A DNA stretch of 58,094 nucleotides, filler included, from Platydemus manokwari (taxonomy: Eukaryota): NCBI GenBank assembly GCA_037951405.1. It is 4 parts of 4 records of this genome, joined end to end, with 100 filler letters (N's around TTAATTAATTAA, not from the genome) between each part and the next. Parts side by side here need not be neighbours in the genome. Positions count along the whole stretch, not along the records: positions 19,638 to 34,376 come from JBBMOY011402535.1; positions 34,477 to 46,247 come from JBBMOY010474443.1; 2 more parts are not named here. One strand, written 5' to 3'. Each line of letters begins with the position of its first letter. Position 1 is the stretch's first letter. This document shows, piece after piece, positions 25,301-39,000 of this stretch. The notes under the pieces were generated by a model. It ran no database searches. It was not told where the DNA came from and saw nothing but the letters and a program-made list of their open reading frames with translations. The translations under genes and the position numbers were made by a program.

Positions 25301-28300
25301 TTTTGTAAATTACAATTGATATTAGTTAATGATGATGGATCTTTGAGCAATTGTTCAGTAATTTTAAACATATAACTGCATCGATCACTGTAAAAGTATG
25401 ATTGTGGCATTTCTTGAATAATATTGCGATATTTCTCCAACATTGTCAAACATTCTTGAACTTCATCCATTTGATAAATAATCGATTTTAATTCATCAAA
25501 TAGGTCTGGGGTTTTATCTTTATCTCCATAATGTTCATAAAATGAATTCGATGATTTTTCAATATTCTGAACATGTTCTTCGAAAAATATTTTGATATTT
25601 TTTATGTCAAGCTTTAAACTAATGAAATCTGGAGTGGAAAGAATTCTATTGAAAAATATACCGTGATCTACATTGACTAATTTCAATTGTTGTAATCGCT
25701 TTTGTATATTCATTTCAAGATTTATTGATCTCTCCTCTAAAGATCTCATATAATTAAACTGTTCGATGATTTTACATTCTCCTTGTTGTTCATAGCTTCT
25801 TAAATATTGAATCATTTCTTGTTTCTTGTTACAAGTTTCACGAATTTGTTCGATATCCTGACAAATCAACCAACTTTTCTGTAAATTGCCATGCAAATCA
25901 GAGAATTCCTTAGACAATTTTTCTTGACAATTTCTCAAATCATCTTCTATTGTAATAATAACTGCTTGGAAATTATTTAAATTGATAACAAATTCCACGG
26001 ATCTCTTTTCAATGATGCTTTTATTAGAATTGACCGAAAATTTCCCCCCATCAAATGATCCGTAATGACCAGATTCTATACCAGAAGACCAATCAACAAT
26101 AGGATCAAAGATAAACGTGTCCATTAGTGTCAGTATACTATCTTGTGATTGTTGAATTATTTCATAAACATTTTCACACGATATTTTGAATAATCCTTCA
26201 ACTCCCATTGGTCCAAAAACGTTCGTTATTATATCAGTAAGTCGGAAAGGTACTTTTTCTGGAACTTTAAGTGATACACCTTTATCAAAGCATACATTAT
26301 AATCAATATGAACCATTTGACCAGTTGAAAAATTAACCAACAAATTATCCAAATGCCTGTCACCTAATCCAAGAAGATGACCCATAATAGACATAACTGC
26401 AGAAGATCGTGCAAAATTTATAGTACTTTTAAACCAATTGCTGGAATTAATACTACAACACCACAATTCTTTTGAAAGTAAATCTGGAGGAGTTTCCTTA
26501 CTTAATTCTGTCAGTACTTCAACTAATATTGATAATGGCCATTTATCTCTGTTATCAAAGCTTAAATCAACTTTAGCAGATTCCAATTTTGGCCTTAATT
26601 TCTGCCAATATATATCAGTCGGTCTTATTGGATGGCCTTCTTCTGAAACAATAGTAGCTTCATTAGTGTCTCCATTGTTAGAATGTCTAGCACGTGATTT
26701 AATCAGATCAATTGCATTCTTATTACGCATTTGATAGCGTTTATATAATGAAAACAGAGATGTTGCATCCTCAACCATTTGGATTAATCCAGCTCTTGTA
26801 CCTAATGGTGTGACTGGATAAGTTGTTATATGGTATTTATTTGCTTCTCGAGCATTTATCTTGCTAAACATTGTATTTGCAATTCCAAGAATTTGCATCA
26901 CTCTCTCATCTAATCGAAGATCTTCCAACCCTTTGTACAGATAGTTATACCCTTTACCATCTGATGCTAAGAAATGAAATTTTTTTGGTTTAGTTTTAGT
27001 TGGCAGTATACTAATGTGACTATCAATTGACATCAGTTCTTTATCATTCATTCCCGGCAGTGGGATAAGACTTGAATTAATTTTTGATAAACTAGGACTA
27101 ACTTCATCTAATTTCAATGACAAAACTTGATGTCGACCTCGTTTGAATTTAATTTTTATGCTATTATTCGATTCGGTAAGTATAATCTCTTGTAAATCCT
27201 TAATTTTTTTCCACGCATCATTAAATTCTCGAATGTCATTTGGAGATTTAATCTCATTTATAGTGTTGGAAATTTCCTAAATGATAAAATGTATAATGAA
27301 AAGCTCATTGATATAGATGAATTTAATGTTAAACCCAAAACTTGAATTAATTGAAAATATGATTTTTGCAAACATTGCATCGCTATTATCCAAAAATCAA
27401 ATAAAAATGTTAATTATTGATAATAATTAAATGCTATTTTATGATAACAATAGAACAGCTTGTGCAAATAGAACTACTGACAGATAAAAAGCTTTAAAGT
27501 ATCTAATAATATATCGATTTGAACACTGTTATCAAATGAATTTGTGCCAATTATCATATAATTATACAAATAGAATAGCAATAAATGCAACTATGGTATT
27601 AAATGCCGATAGAAATAATAAAATATGTTTCGGGTATGTTATCGGATATATTAGGTCACAAATCTGAAACCATTCAAGAGCCGGACAAATATATTTATCA
27701 AAGACAATAGCAAAATTATAATAGAGAATGAAGGAATATATTTAATTTGCTGAAATATTTGTCTTTGTCATTTATATAAAAAATATATAGTATTAAACGG
27801 ATTAATAATATTTATTATTTTATTATAAAAATAAACAGTTTTTAGCATATATTTAGAGTTCTTATATAGAAATCAGAAATAAAAAAAGCAATGATAATAA
27901 AAACAAACCTCTGCAAACATATTGTGAAACCAGCATTCTCGTGGTGTTTCAGGAGTCGTGTTGGTTGCAGACCGTGTTCTTTCCAGAATAAACACAGCTG
28001 CTTGAATAATAGAATTATATTTCAGCTTTAAAATGACATCCTTATTTTTCAAATTGTCTTGTGAATCGATTTTATCAATTTCTGATTGCAATTGATGTGC
28101 CTGACAAAGATATTTATATATGGATTAAGACAATGACCATAATTTTGTACCTTCTTATTAAGTTCATCATAACATTGGCCAAGTGATGACACCCACAATT
28201 CATCCCAAAGAACCGTAATTCGTCTCAATTCCTTGATAAAAACACTAACTTCATCCACTAAAGCTCTATTATTATCAACAAGTATCTTTTTGATATCGTG

Positions 28301-31300
28301 ATAAGGAGAATTGTAATTGTCACTTTCATTTATTGCTCCAACTAAAGTCGGATATATAATGAGTTTGCTGCAACTATTGCTTGAAACGGCTAATCTTTGC
28401 AATAATTCGGTCATACATGCTCGAATCATTTTGTCAGAATGTTTCAGTCGAGCAAACAATTGAGGAATCACGTTTATCCAAGATGCAGGAGGACTGACTT
28501 TAATTTTGGCAATTATTGAATCCCGCAAATATCTCGATCTCTTTCCAAGCAATGATAATATACGCAAATTGGCTGTTGTTCTATTTTTATTGCTCAAGCT
28601 ATCTTCCTTTTTCAAAGGAACGGCGGCGTCCTTCAAAAATGAAAAATATGCCTCAGCTGCTGCTACATGAAGTGAAAAGTGTTGTGCGATATATTCTTGC
28701 CATATTTTAATGACTTCATTCGCCATCTCACTTGTAATATCGGGATCAAGTGCCATAATGGATGATTTCAGTTCCAATATAAAGCTAGGATCTTCATAAC
28801 AATCTCCAAACCAATCATTTTCTGTTTTCATTTGTGAAGGAAAGAAATTGCTTTTGAATAATAATTCAATATTATTTATTGTTTCAATTGTAAATCCATG
28901 ACATTCCAATTTAGATATTAAATCAACAGATTCATTATTGAAGCCAATTTCATCTAATGAACGTGATCGATTCAAACACCATTGAGCAAGTGTCATAAAG
29001 CTTTTATCACTGTTATCTTGATTATGTGATTTACTTGCTAGAATCAATATTTGACTACAAACATCTGTGACAGTGGAATTACAATTTTTCTCCATCGATC
29101 TATGTTGAGGTGAAACCAATGGCAACCCGTTAATCCATGGAACTTCAGCTAATTCAATTAAAAATTGAAGATTACTCGATATTTTATCATCAGCACAAAA
29201 TTTGGAAAATGATGATTTAACACTACAAAGCCATGTGAAAAGTGTCAATAACGATTTGGTATTGATTTGACATTTGGAATTATGCAGCATTGAATCACTG
29301 GTTTCAAATAAAAGACCTTCTTTTAGACTGCCTGTTAAAAGTTTCAAAGCATCTTTCTTTTTATCTTCTTGCCACAATAATTTCACAAGCTCTCTTTCCA
29401 ATTGCATTTGTACAATGGGTGATTGTGAATTGCCCAACGGCACTTGGCAATTCATTTGACGATTAAGAAATTTCGTGAAACAACTCGATACAAGATTTTG
29501 ACATTTATTAAAATTTAAATGTTTTCGATGCCATTGAATGAGATATTTTTGATTAGCAAAACATTGTGGCATATTATATAATTTCTGAATAGTATTTGAG
29601 AAATTGATCATCGATAATGGCAATGTTGGTGAATAATTGGACAATTTCTTTGAATCAACAACGAGATTTTGTGATTGACCAATCGATTTGGAGATTTTCA
29701 AACGTTCATTGATCAGAATGATATCTGGATTGGAAAATATACATGGAAAATCACAAATCGATTGAAGTGATGAAATGCTTCCAATGAACTTTTCATATTC
29801 GATAGCTTTTTCTGGACATTTGTCAACAACAGATAGAAATGAAATATCTTCACAATGATCAATCACTGATCTATATTTCCATGACACTTCATTTTGTCTA
29901 AGAGGTACACATTTGTCATCAAAATCTTCATCCCATTTCGATAATTTTGTCAAACATATAAGCCTATCCCAATTAATAGCCGATTTTTGAGCTTCCAACA
30001 TTTGTGAATCCGATTTCCAAGCCTGAATTTGATTTTTCCACAACTCTAACCCATTAATGTCTGTCAGTAATTTGTAACAATCTGCAATTTCTTCCATACA
30101 CAATATGAAAGAACTATGACTACTGGCTTTTCTGGTTAAAAGTCTCATTTCAGAAGATTGCTTCATCCGTTCCGGATCATGATGATTTCGAACATAATTT
30201 TCAAATTTAAACAAAGCCATTTCCAATCGTCCGGTAGTTTTGTCAGCTAAAGCTTCAATCCAATTAAATTTGCTACCATATGTTTCAACTGCTAAATGAC
30301 TCAACCCAACCAGACTTTCCCAATTTCCCAATTTACTGTACGCCATACATGTCAAAACAATACAATCTTCCACTTCCGGTACAAGAATTCGTGCAGCTGA
30401 ACTGGAATGACCATTCGTTTTATCCAAATTAAATTTCAATAATTGCATCCCATGCCATACAACAGTGCTCCATTGGCCCGAATATTGTGCCAAAGCAACA
30501 ATCAACAATCTCATTTTAATAAACCATTCAATACAAACATGTCGATTGGTAACAAAGAACGTTTCAGTGGATTTATTAACGGGTGGAAAACCAATACAAC
30601 AACCCTCATATGAATTATAAAACATTTTTTCCAATACATCTAATAATAAAATCATTAAATTCACCGATAAAGATTGATCCTGTGGTGATTTGGTGGCAAA
30701 TCCTGACATCAATTTCTTGAATCTTTTATCAGTGATCGCTCTCAATGAATTGCCATTGGTAAGAATAGATTTCACCATATTTTCGATTGTCATCAAAGTA
30801 ATTCTAGAATCAGCATTGGGATCAAATTTCAATTTCTGTTTCACACAATCCCAACAAGCATTGATAATGATTTCATAAATCATTAATAATCGATTGTTGA
30901 TTATATGTTCATTTCGACCCTTATTGACAGATGTGACCAAATCATTCAATCGAATAAATTCTTGACTATTAAAGCTCAATTTATCATTACAATCAATGAT
31001 CCAATGGAAAATGGTTTTACTGAAATCAATGGGAAATTTGAATGATCTACCAGTGGTGGATATGGTTTGAATAGTTTTGATTTCATTATGGAATGATTCG
31101 TGCATGATTGGGATATCATTTTTCGTCAATAAATTGAAATAAATCTTGAAAGATTCACAACGAATTGTATAACAAGTGTGCATACTCATATTGATAGTGA
31201 TTTGTAAAAGTCGATTTTCATTGATTTTATTGATGAATGTTTCATATGATTTGAGAAATGAATTGATGATTTCCAAACAATCAATCACAATCATTTGTTG

Positions 31301-33406
31301 ATCATTTTCCATTGGAATCAATTCCACAAGACAATTCAACACCAAATTGATCAATTCATGATTTTGATCAAATATCGATTGATTGTTGACAATGATATTC
31401 TGTAAAACACGAAACACTTCCAATTTCGAATTGAAATCCAATCCAGTTGTATTCAAAAGCAGACAAACAAATTTGATGAATTCACCAATCAAATCATGAC
31501 CAGGTTTCAATTTGGAAACTGTTCGCATGATAAACATAGCTATGGATGGATATTTATCAATAATATTAGATTCAGTGAATAATAAATATTTGGTAAACAA
31601 TATTGGTACTGATGGTATTAATATGGATGAATCTAATAATTTGCTATGTAATAATACAATCAAATTAATATTATATTTGATCACTAATTCTGCTTGTATC
31701 GGTTCATAGGTTTTGGTTTTGAAAGCATTGCTCTGAACAAGTCGAACTAAACTGGAACAATTCGACGCTTTCATTAATGTATTGAGAGCTAATTCCAAAT
31801 CACTGAGTAATATTTGATAAAATGTTGTCACACATTGTGATTTAGCTATAATATTCACTAAATGGAGATATTTATTCAATAATTTGCTATCAATTGATGA
31901 ACCATAGAAAATACAAGAATGAATCCAATTGATTGGTGATAAGATTTGAATAACTGTTGATGATTCCAAATGTATTTTCTGAAGACAAATACTGATCAAA
32001 TCCAAATATGATATAATCAATTGACGATTATAATAATTGGTATTACTGCTACCTTCAGTCATGATGTGAGACTGTAATGGGAGTGAAGTACCAAAAATAT
32101 ATCGAAATATACATTGATAAACATTGCCAACAATTTCATTCTTATTTAATATTGTTAATAAATGAAGAATAACGGTATTGGATTGTAATAATAAATGATC
32201 AAAATCAATTTGTTTGCTACATACAATCAAACCTTCAGCTAATTTTTCAATCAAACTAATGATAAATGAATTGGGTAAAATATGTGAAATATTGACATGA
32301 TTATTATTATCAATGTGATTCATTTCAGAAATATTGGCAATTTTGCTAATACCAGCAGTGACACATGAGAATGCAAAACAATAAAATTTGATCTTCAACT
32401 TCAAATCATCGACTTGAGAACGATCTTTATCAACACGATGGATTCGTGATAAAGATTGACATTGTGTTAAAATATCTTTCTGAAGATTTGTCAATGTTTT
32501 TTTCAAATTAACTGGATCTGATATCCAACATTCATGAAGATCAACACTGCGTTGACATAATGAAATCATTGTTGTTAAATCTGTATCGAGATGAATACAC
32601 CAACCAATCATAATATCAATAACATTATGAAATCTTTCAATAACAGCTTCTGGACAATGATTATAGATATTCTTCAGAATCATCAATGCTAAATTCAAAC
32701 ATTTGGGAAAACAGAGATTTTCGAAAAAATATTCCCAATTTCGTAAAATAGATTCTTTATTCGATTTCAAATTGTTAATGATGCCATCAGTTGCATTCTC
32801 AATCATATGGAGAAGCATTTTTAAGATCTGTAAAGTATATTGTTCAATTTGTAAATTGGTCATTTTATCGAATATTCGACACCAAAATTCAACAACAGCT
32901 CCATCACCACGACGAACATTATTGTGTAGAATAATCATCATTAATTGTCCAGCAGCAGTGATAAATTCATCTGAACATGCAGAATCACATAAACATAATT
33001 CTAATATGTTTATCATTTGATCGGAAAATTTAGTTTGAGGTATGACAGCATCTTGACTGCTTATCAATGCCATAATTTCTTTGACCACTGCTATTTTTTC
33101 ACTATCGTTTTCCGATTGTCCTACCTTTCGAATTAAAGGAGACAAAGAATTTGGAGGATCATTGGATCGACGCATTTTTTTCAATAATTCTTGTCGACGT
33201 CGTTTTAATTCATTATCATATTCAGTTACAACTTTATTTTTCGTCAGTTTAATAGGTTTGATTTCTTCAATTTCTTGATTATGTTGTCTATTCATGATAT
33301 CATAACCATTACTATCAATTTTTCGATAATTATTTGTATCTGCCAAATATGCCTTGTTCAATTCATCAAGAAATGCTGGATCCAATATGTCCTTTTGAAT
33401 GCACAT
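22390..33406 (-). CDS. SMG1: Serine/threonine kinase SMG1 (PIKK family, nonsense-mediated decay); exons 33406-28151, 28100-27909, 27276-22390; about 3444 aa
   Basis: SMG1-type motifs ILPTKTKPKK, YLYKGLEDLRLDERVMQ, GLGDRHLDNLL, HIDYNVCFDKG..LKVPEKVPFRLT, IPQLFARL, ELRRITVLWDELW. Long insertion between kinase and FATC, and terminal NLSRMYEGWTAWV*. Two phase-0 GT-AG introns (50 and 632 nt). First in-frame ATG at 33406. Confidence 0.97.
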
Positions 33407-33544
33407 TTGCAAATAATTCTTAACATATATAACATATTTTCAATTCATGAACAATGATATATAATTAGAGAAATTTCAACAATAAATAAATAATCATTTA
33501 AACATTCGATATTTATAAACAACAATATTGTTAAATAATGTTTA

Positions 33545-33665
33545 TATATGATAATAATATTTAATTCTTCGTGATAATAATATATAATTAGTCATGATAA
33601 TAATATATAATTAATCGTAATAATAATATATAATTAGCTGTGATAATAATATATAATTATAGTAA
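33545..33665. repeat. 23-bp tandem repeat (gtgataataatatataattagtc-like, about 4-5 copies) just upstream of SMG1
   Basis: Four clear units starting 33571, 33594, 33617, 33640 plus a degenerate one upstream. Confidence 0.85.
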
Positions 33666-34376
33666 TAATAAGATACACAATAATTCTGAATACAGATCTT
33701 ATAAGCAATACTTATATTATAAATTATATTTTTATATTAAATTTCAGATATATATTTGTTTCAAATACTTTATGGAGAAAGGCAAAATTAAATCCATATT
33801 TGCTTTATCAACGCTGCATTTTTGAAAATTAACTAATAGATTATGAATTTCGGACTTGGCCACTAAATATTTTAAAACGATTTTTTCCAATGTTAACAGA
33901 ATGTGGAGCATATCTCATTAATTGTCCCATTAAACATTATGAAATAACCCAGTACAATATAATATTAATAAAAATTAGTTAAAAACTAAATACAAGAAAT
34001 GAGACATTTTAGATTTAATAGACAACCAGAAATGGATTGTCAGCGTTTATAATTAATTGAGCCAGAAGGTTTGTGTTGTTATAAATCACAGCGAGAATTC
34101 TTGTAAATTATCTATTATCATCACCCAACAAATCTATAAAACATATTTAGCACAAAATTTTCATAATAATATTAAATAAATAGAGAAACAAAATTTTATC
34201 ATATTTTAATATAATCAAACCAATATTAATCATAAGTGATACGATATGAAACGAATTAAATAATTATTAATTTAATTATTAATATTAATTAATTAATAAT
34301 AATTAATTCTCAATGATTTTGATCGGTGTCGAAAAACATTATCTAATTTAAAAGAAAATAAAAAATCAAATAAATA

Positions 34377-34476
34377 NNNNNNNNNNNNNNNNNNNNNNNN
34401 NNNNNNNNNNNNNNNNNNNNTTAATTAATTAANNNNNNNNNNNNNNNNNNNNNNNNNNNNNNNNNNNNNNNNNNNN
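34377..34476. other. Scaffold gap with artificial linker N44-TTAATTAATTAA-N44
   Basis: Same 100-bp structure as 19538-19637. Confidence 0.97.
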
Positions 34477-36042
34477 ATACGACATTATATGCAAGCAATA
34501 CTCCCAGCGACATCTTTTATCAAATCGAAATTTTAAGGTTATACACCCAATAGCACGTTAAGTTCTCTTTGTTAAATAAACATGTTTCGCAAGATTTCTT
34601 ATAAAGAAAATCTCATAAAAAGCTTCAATGTTTATAGTAAATAGAATGATACGTTTCGAAATCTTGTTAAAAAGCAATAAACAAAAATATATTCGATATA
34701 TTACATAAAACAATTTTTAAGAATAGTTAATATGATATATTTTATATTAAACAAATACTCTCTTCAGAGGAGATCTTTTCAACTAAGATAGGGCTAAATG
34801 AGTTATTGATGCTTTAGAATCGATATTTATTTGATAATCGGTGAAGGATCAATGAAACACTATTAGATCTACATTTTACTTAGTAACACTAAAATCTATT
34901 CATCATATTTGAAATCAATATTCATCTCATATTATCCTCATCCTCGTTAAACTATAATAATCGACCACTTGAGATTAAAATAATTAGATTCAATATTTAA
35001 CAAAACCGAATAAATTTCTAGCAAAACAAAATAACCATGATTTCACAATGATTCTTGTAGTAAAAATCGAACTATTTATTTATACCAATCCTGACAATCG
35101 TACGATTATATAAACATCTATCATCACCGAACTAATAAACAAGGATCAATTAGTGCTAAGACATCGTGTATATATCATGATAAAATCGTTCCGACGATAT
35201 TAAAAATAGAATCATTTTGTCCTTGAAATTATTTACAGAAAATTATCAAAAAAAACATCCAATGAATACTGGTAATTAATTATTTTAATTTACTGATGTC
35301 ATTGTCATTGATATGGAACTAGTATAATTAAATTAATCTTTCATCCCGTGAATGATTGTAAATGTCATATTGTCGATATGTTGAACAATAGTATTTAGAG
35401 GATATACCAACCAAAGAGAAAATTTATAAGAAAATTAATTTAAATTAAATTACAGATTTGATTGGATTTAAAGAATAAAAAGGTTGTGATTTACTGGTAG
35501 ATAAAATATTAAATATTATTGGTTATAAGAAAGTCTCAACGATAAAAAGAAATATACCGAGTCATTCGTATTGACAGATTAAATTAAAAGTTTTATTTTG
35601 ATTTTATGTTTCAGATTAGGAATGATGATTGTGAAATTTATAATTCATAAATAGCAACGACTTCTTGTATTCAGGGAAGCACAAAGCCAATATAACGAAA
35701 ATCCTTAGACAGAATACTCAACTCCTTACTTCAACAAAAGATGGAAAGTATAAGATTTGATATATTTTTGTTCATTGATTTGTAAAATTTTACCAATATT
35801 TATAATTTTTGATCAGCAATAGAATATGAAATATAAAAATCCGAGCAATTTTATTCGTTATTTTATAAAATTTCAAAAAATCACAAGTGGTTAATGAAAT
35901 ATTCGCAAAACATATTTTTATTGCAATTTAATATGTTTGGAATTGGGATAGAATTGGTTTAACTTTCTCTTGATCAGAACCATTTCACAGAATGACAATT
36001 TTATTGAAATTTTCTATGAATTTCTAAAATACAGATATACAC

Positions 36043-39000
36043 TTCTCGATCAATCATCATATGTGTTTGATGATCCATATGATTCCAGAAGTGCGGGTTA
36101 GATGGACAAAATGTAAAATAATCACGGATCATACAATAGGTTGATGTTAGGGGACAGAAAAATGGAACTGGGTAGGTGATGTCGCAACTTTTCCACATGG
36201 CTGAATTATTAATATAAGCTCAATATTAAAACAAAAAATATTTTCTAATAAAACTCAAGATTCCACCATCAATGGGTTAAAGAATGAAATTATTCAACAA
36301 CTATTGAAACTCGACTTCATTAATCCAAAAGACTTAACATCAATCAAAATCTCTCCAAAATAACAGTTTATGATTCCATAAAATTTCTCTCATCAGATTT
36401 AATATAGTTTATCGTTGAGCATAATCATTAACAGTGACTCACCAGAATAAATCAAATCTTTGGAACTGGGAAACATTTGCACCGAATAAAGACTAGATCT
36501 CTTGTTATCATCGGGAGATACGGGTGACATGGTTTTGGCTTTACTAAATGATGTCGACTGAGGTATTCCGTTGAAATTAAAGCTTTTCGAGCTGAAACCG
36601 GCAAAAGATTTTCTATTACGATACTTGTTCCCAAACGACTCGACTTTACGGCGCATTGATGATATAATACTCGTTCCACCACTCGATGTTATACTACCCA
36701 ACCCATTATTGTGTAAATTACTCGGAGATCCATTGAGAGGTGCGTTTTTAAAACTATTATTTGAACGACTTCGATTGAATTTCATGTCTAGAACACAGTT
36801 GACAGTAAAAATTTCACCAAAAATAAATCATGCCAGTTTTAATTCGAAATAAATTGAAATAAGCAATAGCGGTTTTAATAAAATTATCTTTGTCAGAATA
36901 TGTTGATCAACAATGATATTAAGCGAGCAATTAGCGAAAGAAGAAGAAATAACCTGATATGAGAAAGTTTGGATTGGTCACTGTCGAATTATTGATAATA
37001 TTCAATACATCACTTGGCTGACGTCTCAAATGTGAATTTTCGGTGATTTTCAATGCTTCGTCTGCAGAAGTATGATCAATTCCCGCATTAAGTTCACCGA
37101 TAAAATCTATTTCGTCCTTAACAAATTGAAAATAATCATAGTTATTAAGAGAACAGCAAATCAGTGAAAAATTACTACGGTTCGTTCATGTCACACATTA
37201 TATGGTACACAACAAATGTCAACTTTATAATGATCTCTTTTCATTAGACAAATATCAATATAAACCTCGCGTTCTCTCTCTCTTTGTCAACACTGTTAGA
37301 GTTTAAGATTTTGAATTAACTGTATCATAAAACAAAATTGACGGACAAAAGAAAGACAGAAAAATTTAATGTATTGTGAAGATAACTCATCACTATTTGA
37401 TAAGAATATGAACAGCATGATGCAGTCATATTCAGTAAAGTAATTTCAGTTTCTTGGATATCAATTATTATCTAAAATATTAAATTCATGTAACTCTTAA
37501 ATAAATTGAAGTGGTATCTACTATTTCAAATATTACCCATTCTTTAGAGTCTTTTAAATCTTTTAAATGAACTCTATATTTCCTCATAGGAAAGTAGAAT
37601 AAATCATAAAATTATTAAGACAAGCTTCGGATCAAGGGTGATGGAATTACCATGAAACAGCTTATAAGTATTCAGATATTATTTTAATAATATAAATAAT
37701 TTTCCTAACATCACGAACAAATTTATCAAATTACTTCGATAAAGGTGCTGCAATTCTTTCATGAAAATAAGCTAGAAATTAAAAAGGTTTTAAGAATTTA
37801 AAAGCTCAAAGATTCTAATAAAAATAAATCTGGCCACTGTGTTCTGTTATTGATTATGTGGTCATAATTAGATACGATTATTAATTTAATTCTGAAAAAG
37901 AAACATTTTCAAATAAATACCGTATTTTTCGGACTATAAGTTGACTGATTGATATATTAAATTAAATTAGAAATATATATAGCAAGATTTAATGCTTTTC
38001 ATCATTTAAAATGTCATATTCGCTTATACTAACATCATCATCATTTTTACAATATCTCAGTTTTAATAAATCTTAAAAATCTATTTTAAGGTGTGCCTTA
38101 TAGTCCGGAAAATACGGTAATCGAATAAAAGAGATACTCTATAAAATGAAATAATCAAAGGTTTATTTAAAAAAAAGAAAATATAATTTATCCTTTAAAT
38201 TAATTGTTAAAGCACATTCAATAATTCAACGAATTATAGATCATTTTCAAAAGATCCTGCCATCGGACAGTATAAGCATATAATTGCATTTTCCATTTTT
38301 ACAATATCTTATAAAGTTATCAAATTACAAAGTCAAAATTTTATAACTAGACATTTGAAATAACCACTCAAAAATGTTACTCAACATAATAAGTTGCGAG
38401 AATAATCGATAGAATTATTTAATTGACAATATCTATTTCACAGGTTAGGAAAGAGTTGAGTGAATCAAACATATCGTTAGTTCATTTATCATAAATATGG
38501 TAAATCTCTTCATCGAATTGTAAATGTGATTTTGAAATATTCTATCGACATAAATTCGAAACATCTTAAAAATTGGATCATTAAAACATAGTTGGAGATA
38601 AATTTCATTTGAAGAATAATAATCAGAAATGATTTAACAATCATCTTCAACGATTGGTCAGAAAAAACAACTGCTATCAAAATTCTAGAAATATTCATTG
38701 CAGGTAATATTGGAAATATTAAACATCTCAAATGATTTGTGATGCAGTTGCTACTCATATTATATCTAGAGCGACAGTGTCAACTTATCTCTTTCATGTC
38801 CCATTTCCATCTCCATTTCCAAAATAATATCTGATGTAAATGATTTTGTAAAATTAATAATAAAATGTAAAAATAATGTAGCCTTATCTTTTGTCAAGGT
38901 AATTTAGGAGTGAAAAATAAAATATTTTATTTATCAAAGATTGTGTGAAAATTACAGAAAATTCAATCAGTCTACCGAATATTGGTGGCAGTATTGTGAT

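Noticed and set aside
26438-33457. Plus-strand ORFs of 60-105 aa overlapping SMG1
   Set aside because: Antisense shadows of a long coding region; no independent motifs
33545-33665. Regularly spaced repeats as a CRISPR-like array (also 19345-19537)
   Set aside because: Head-to-tail units without unique spacers, in a eukaryotic context with no cas genes
38510-38758. 82-aa ORF within the PH gene intron
   Set aside because: Ile/Phe/Leu-rich translation typical of AT-rich non-coding DNA; no compatible splice sites identified
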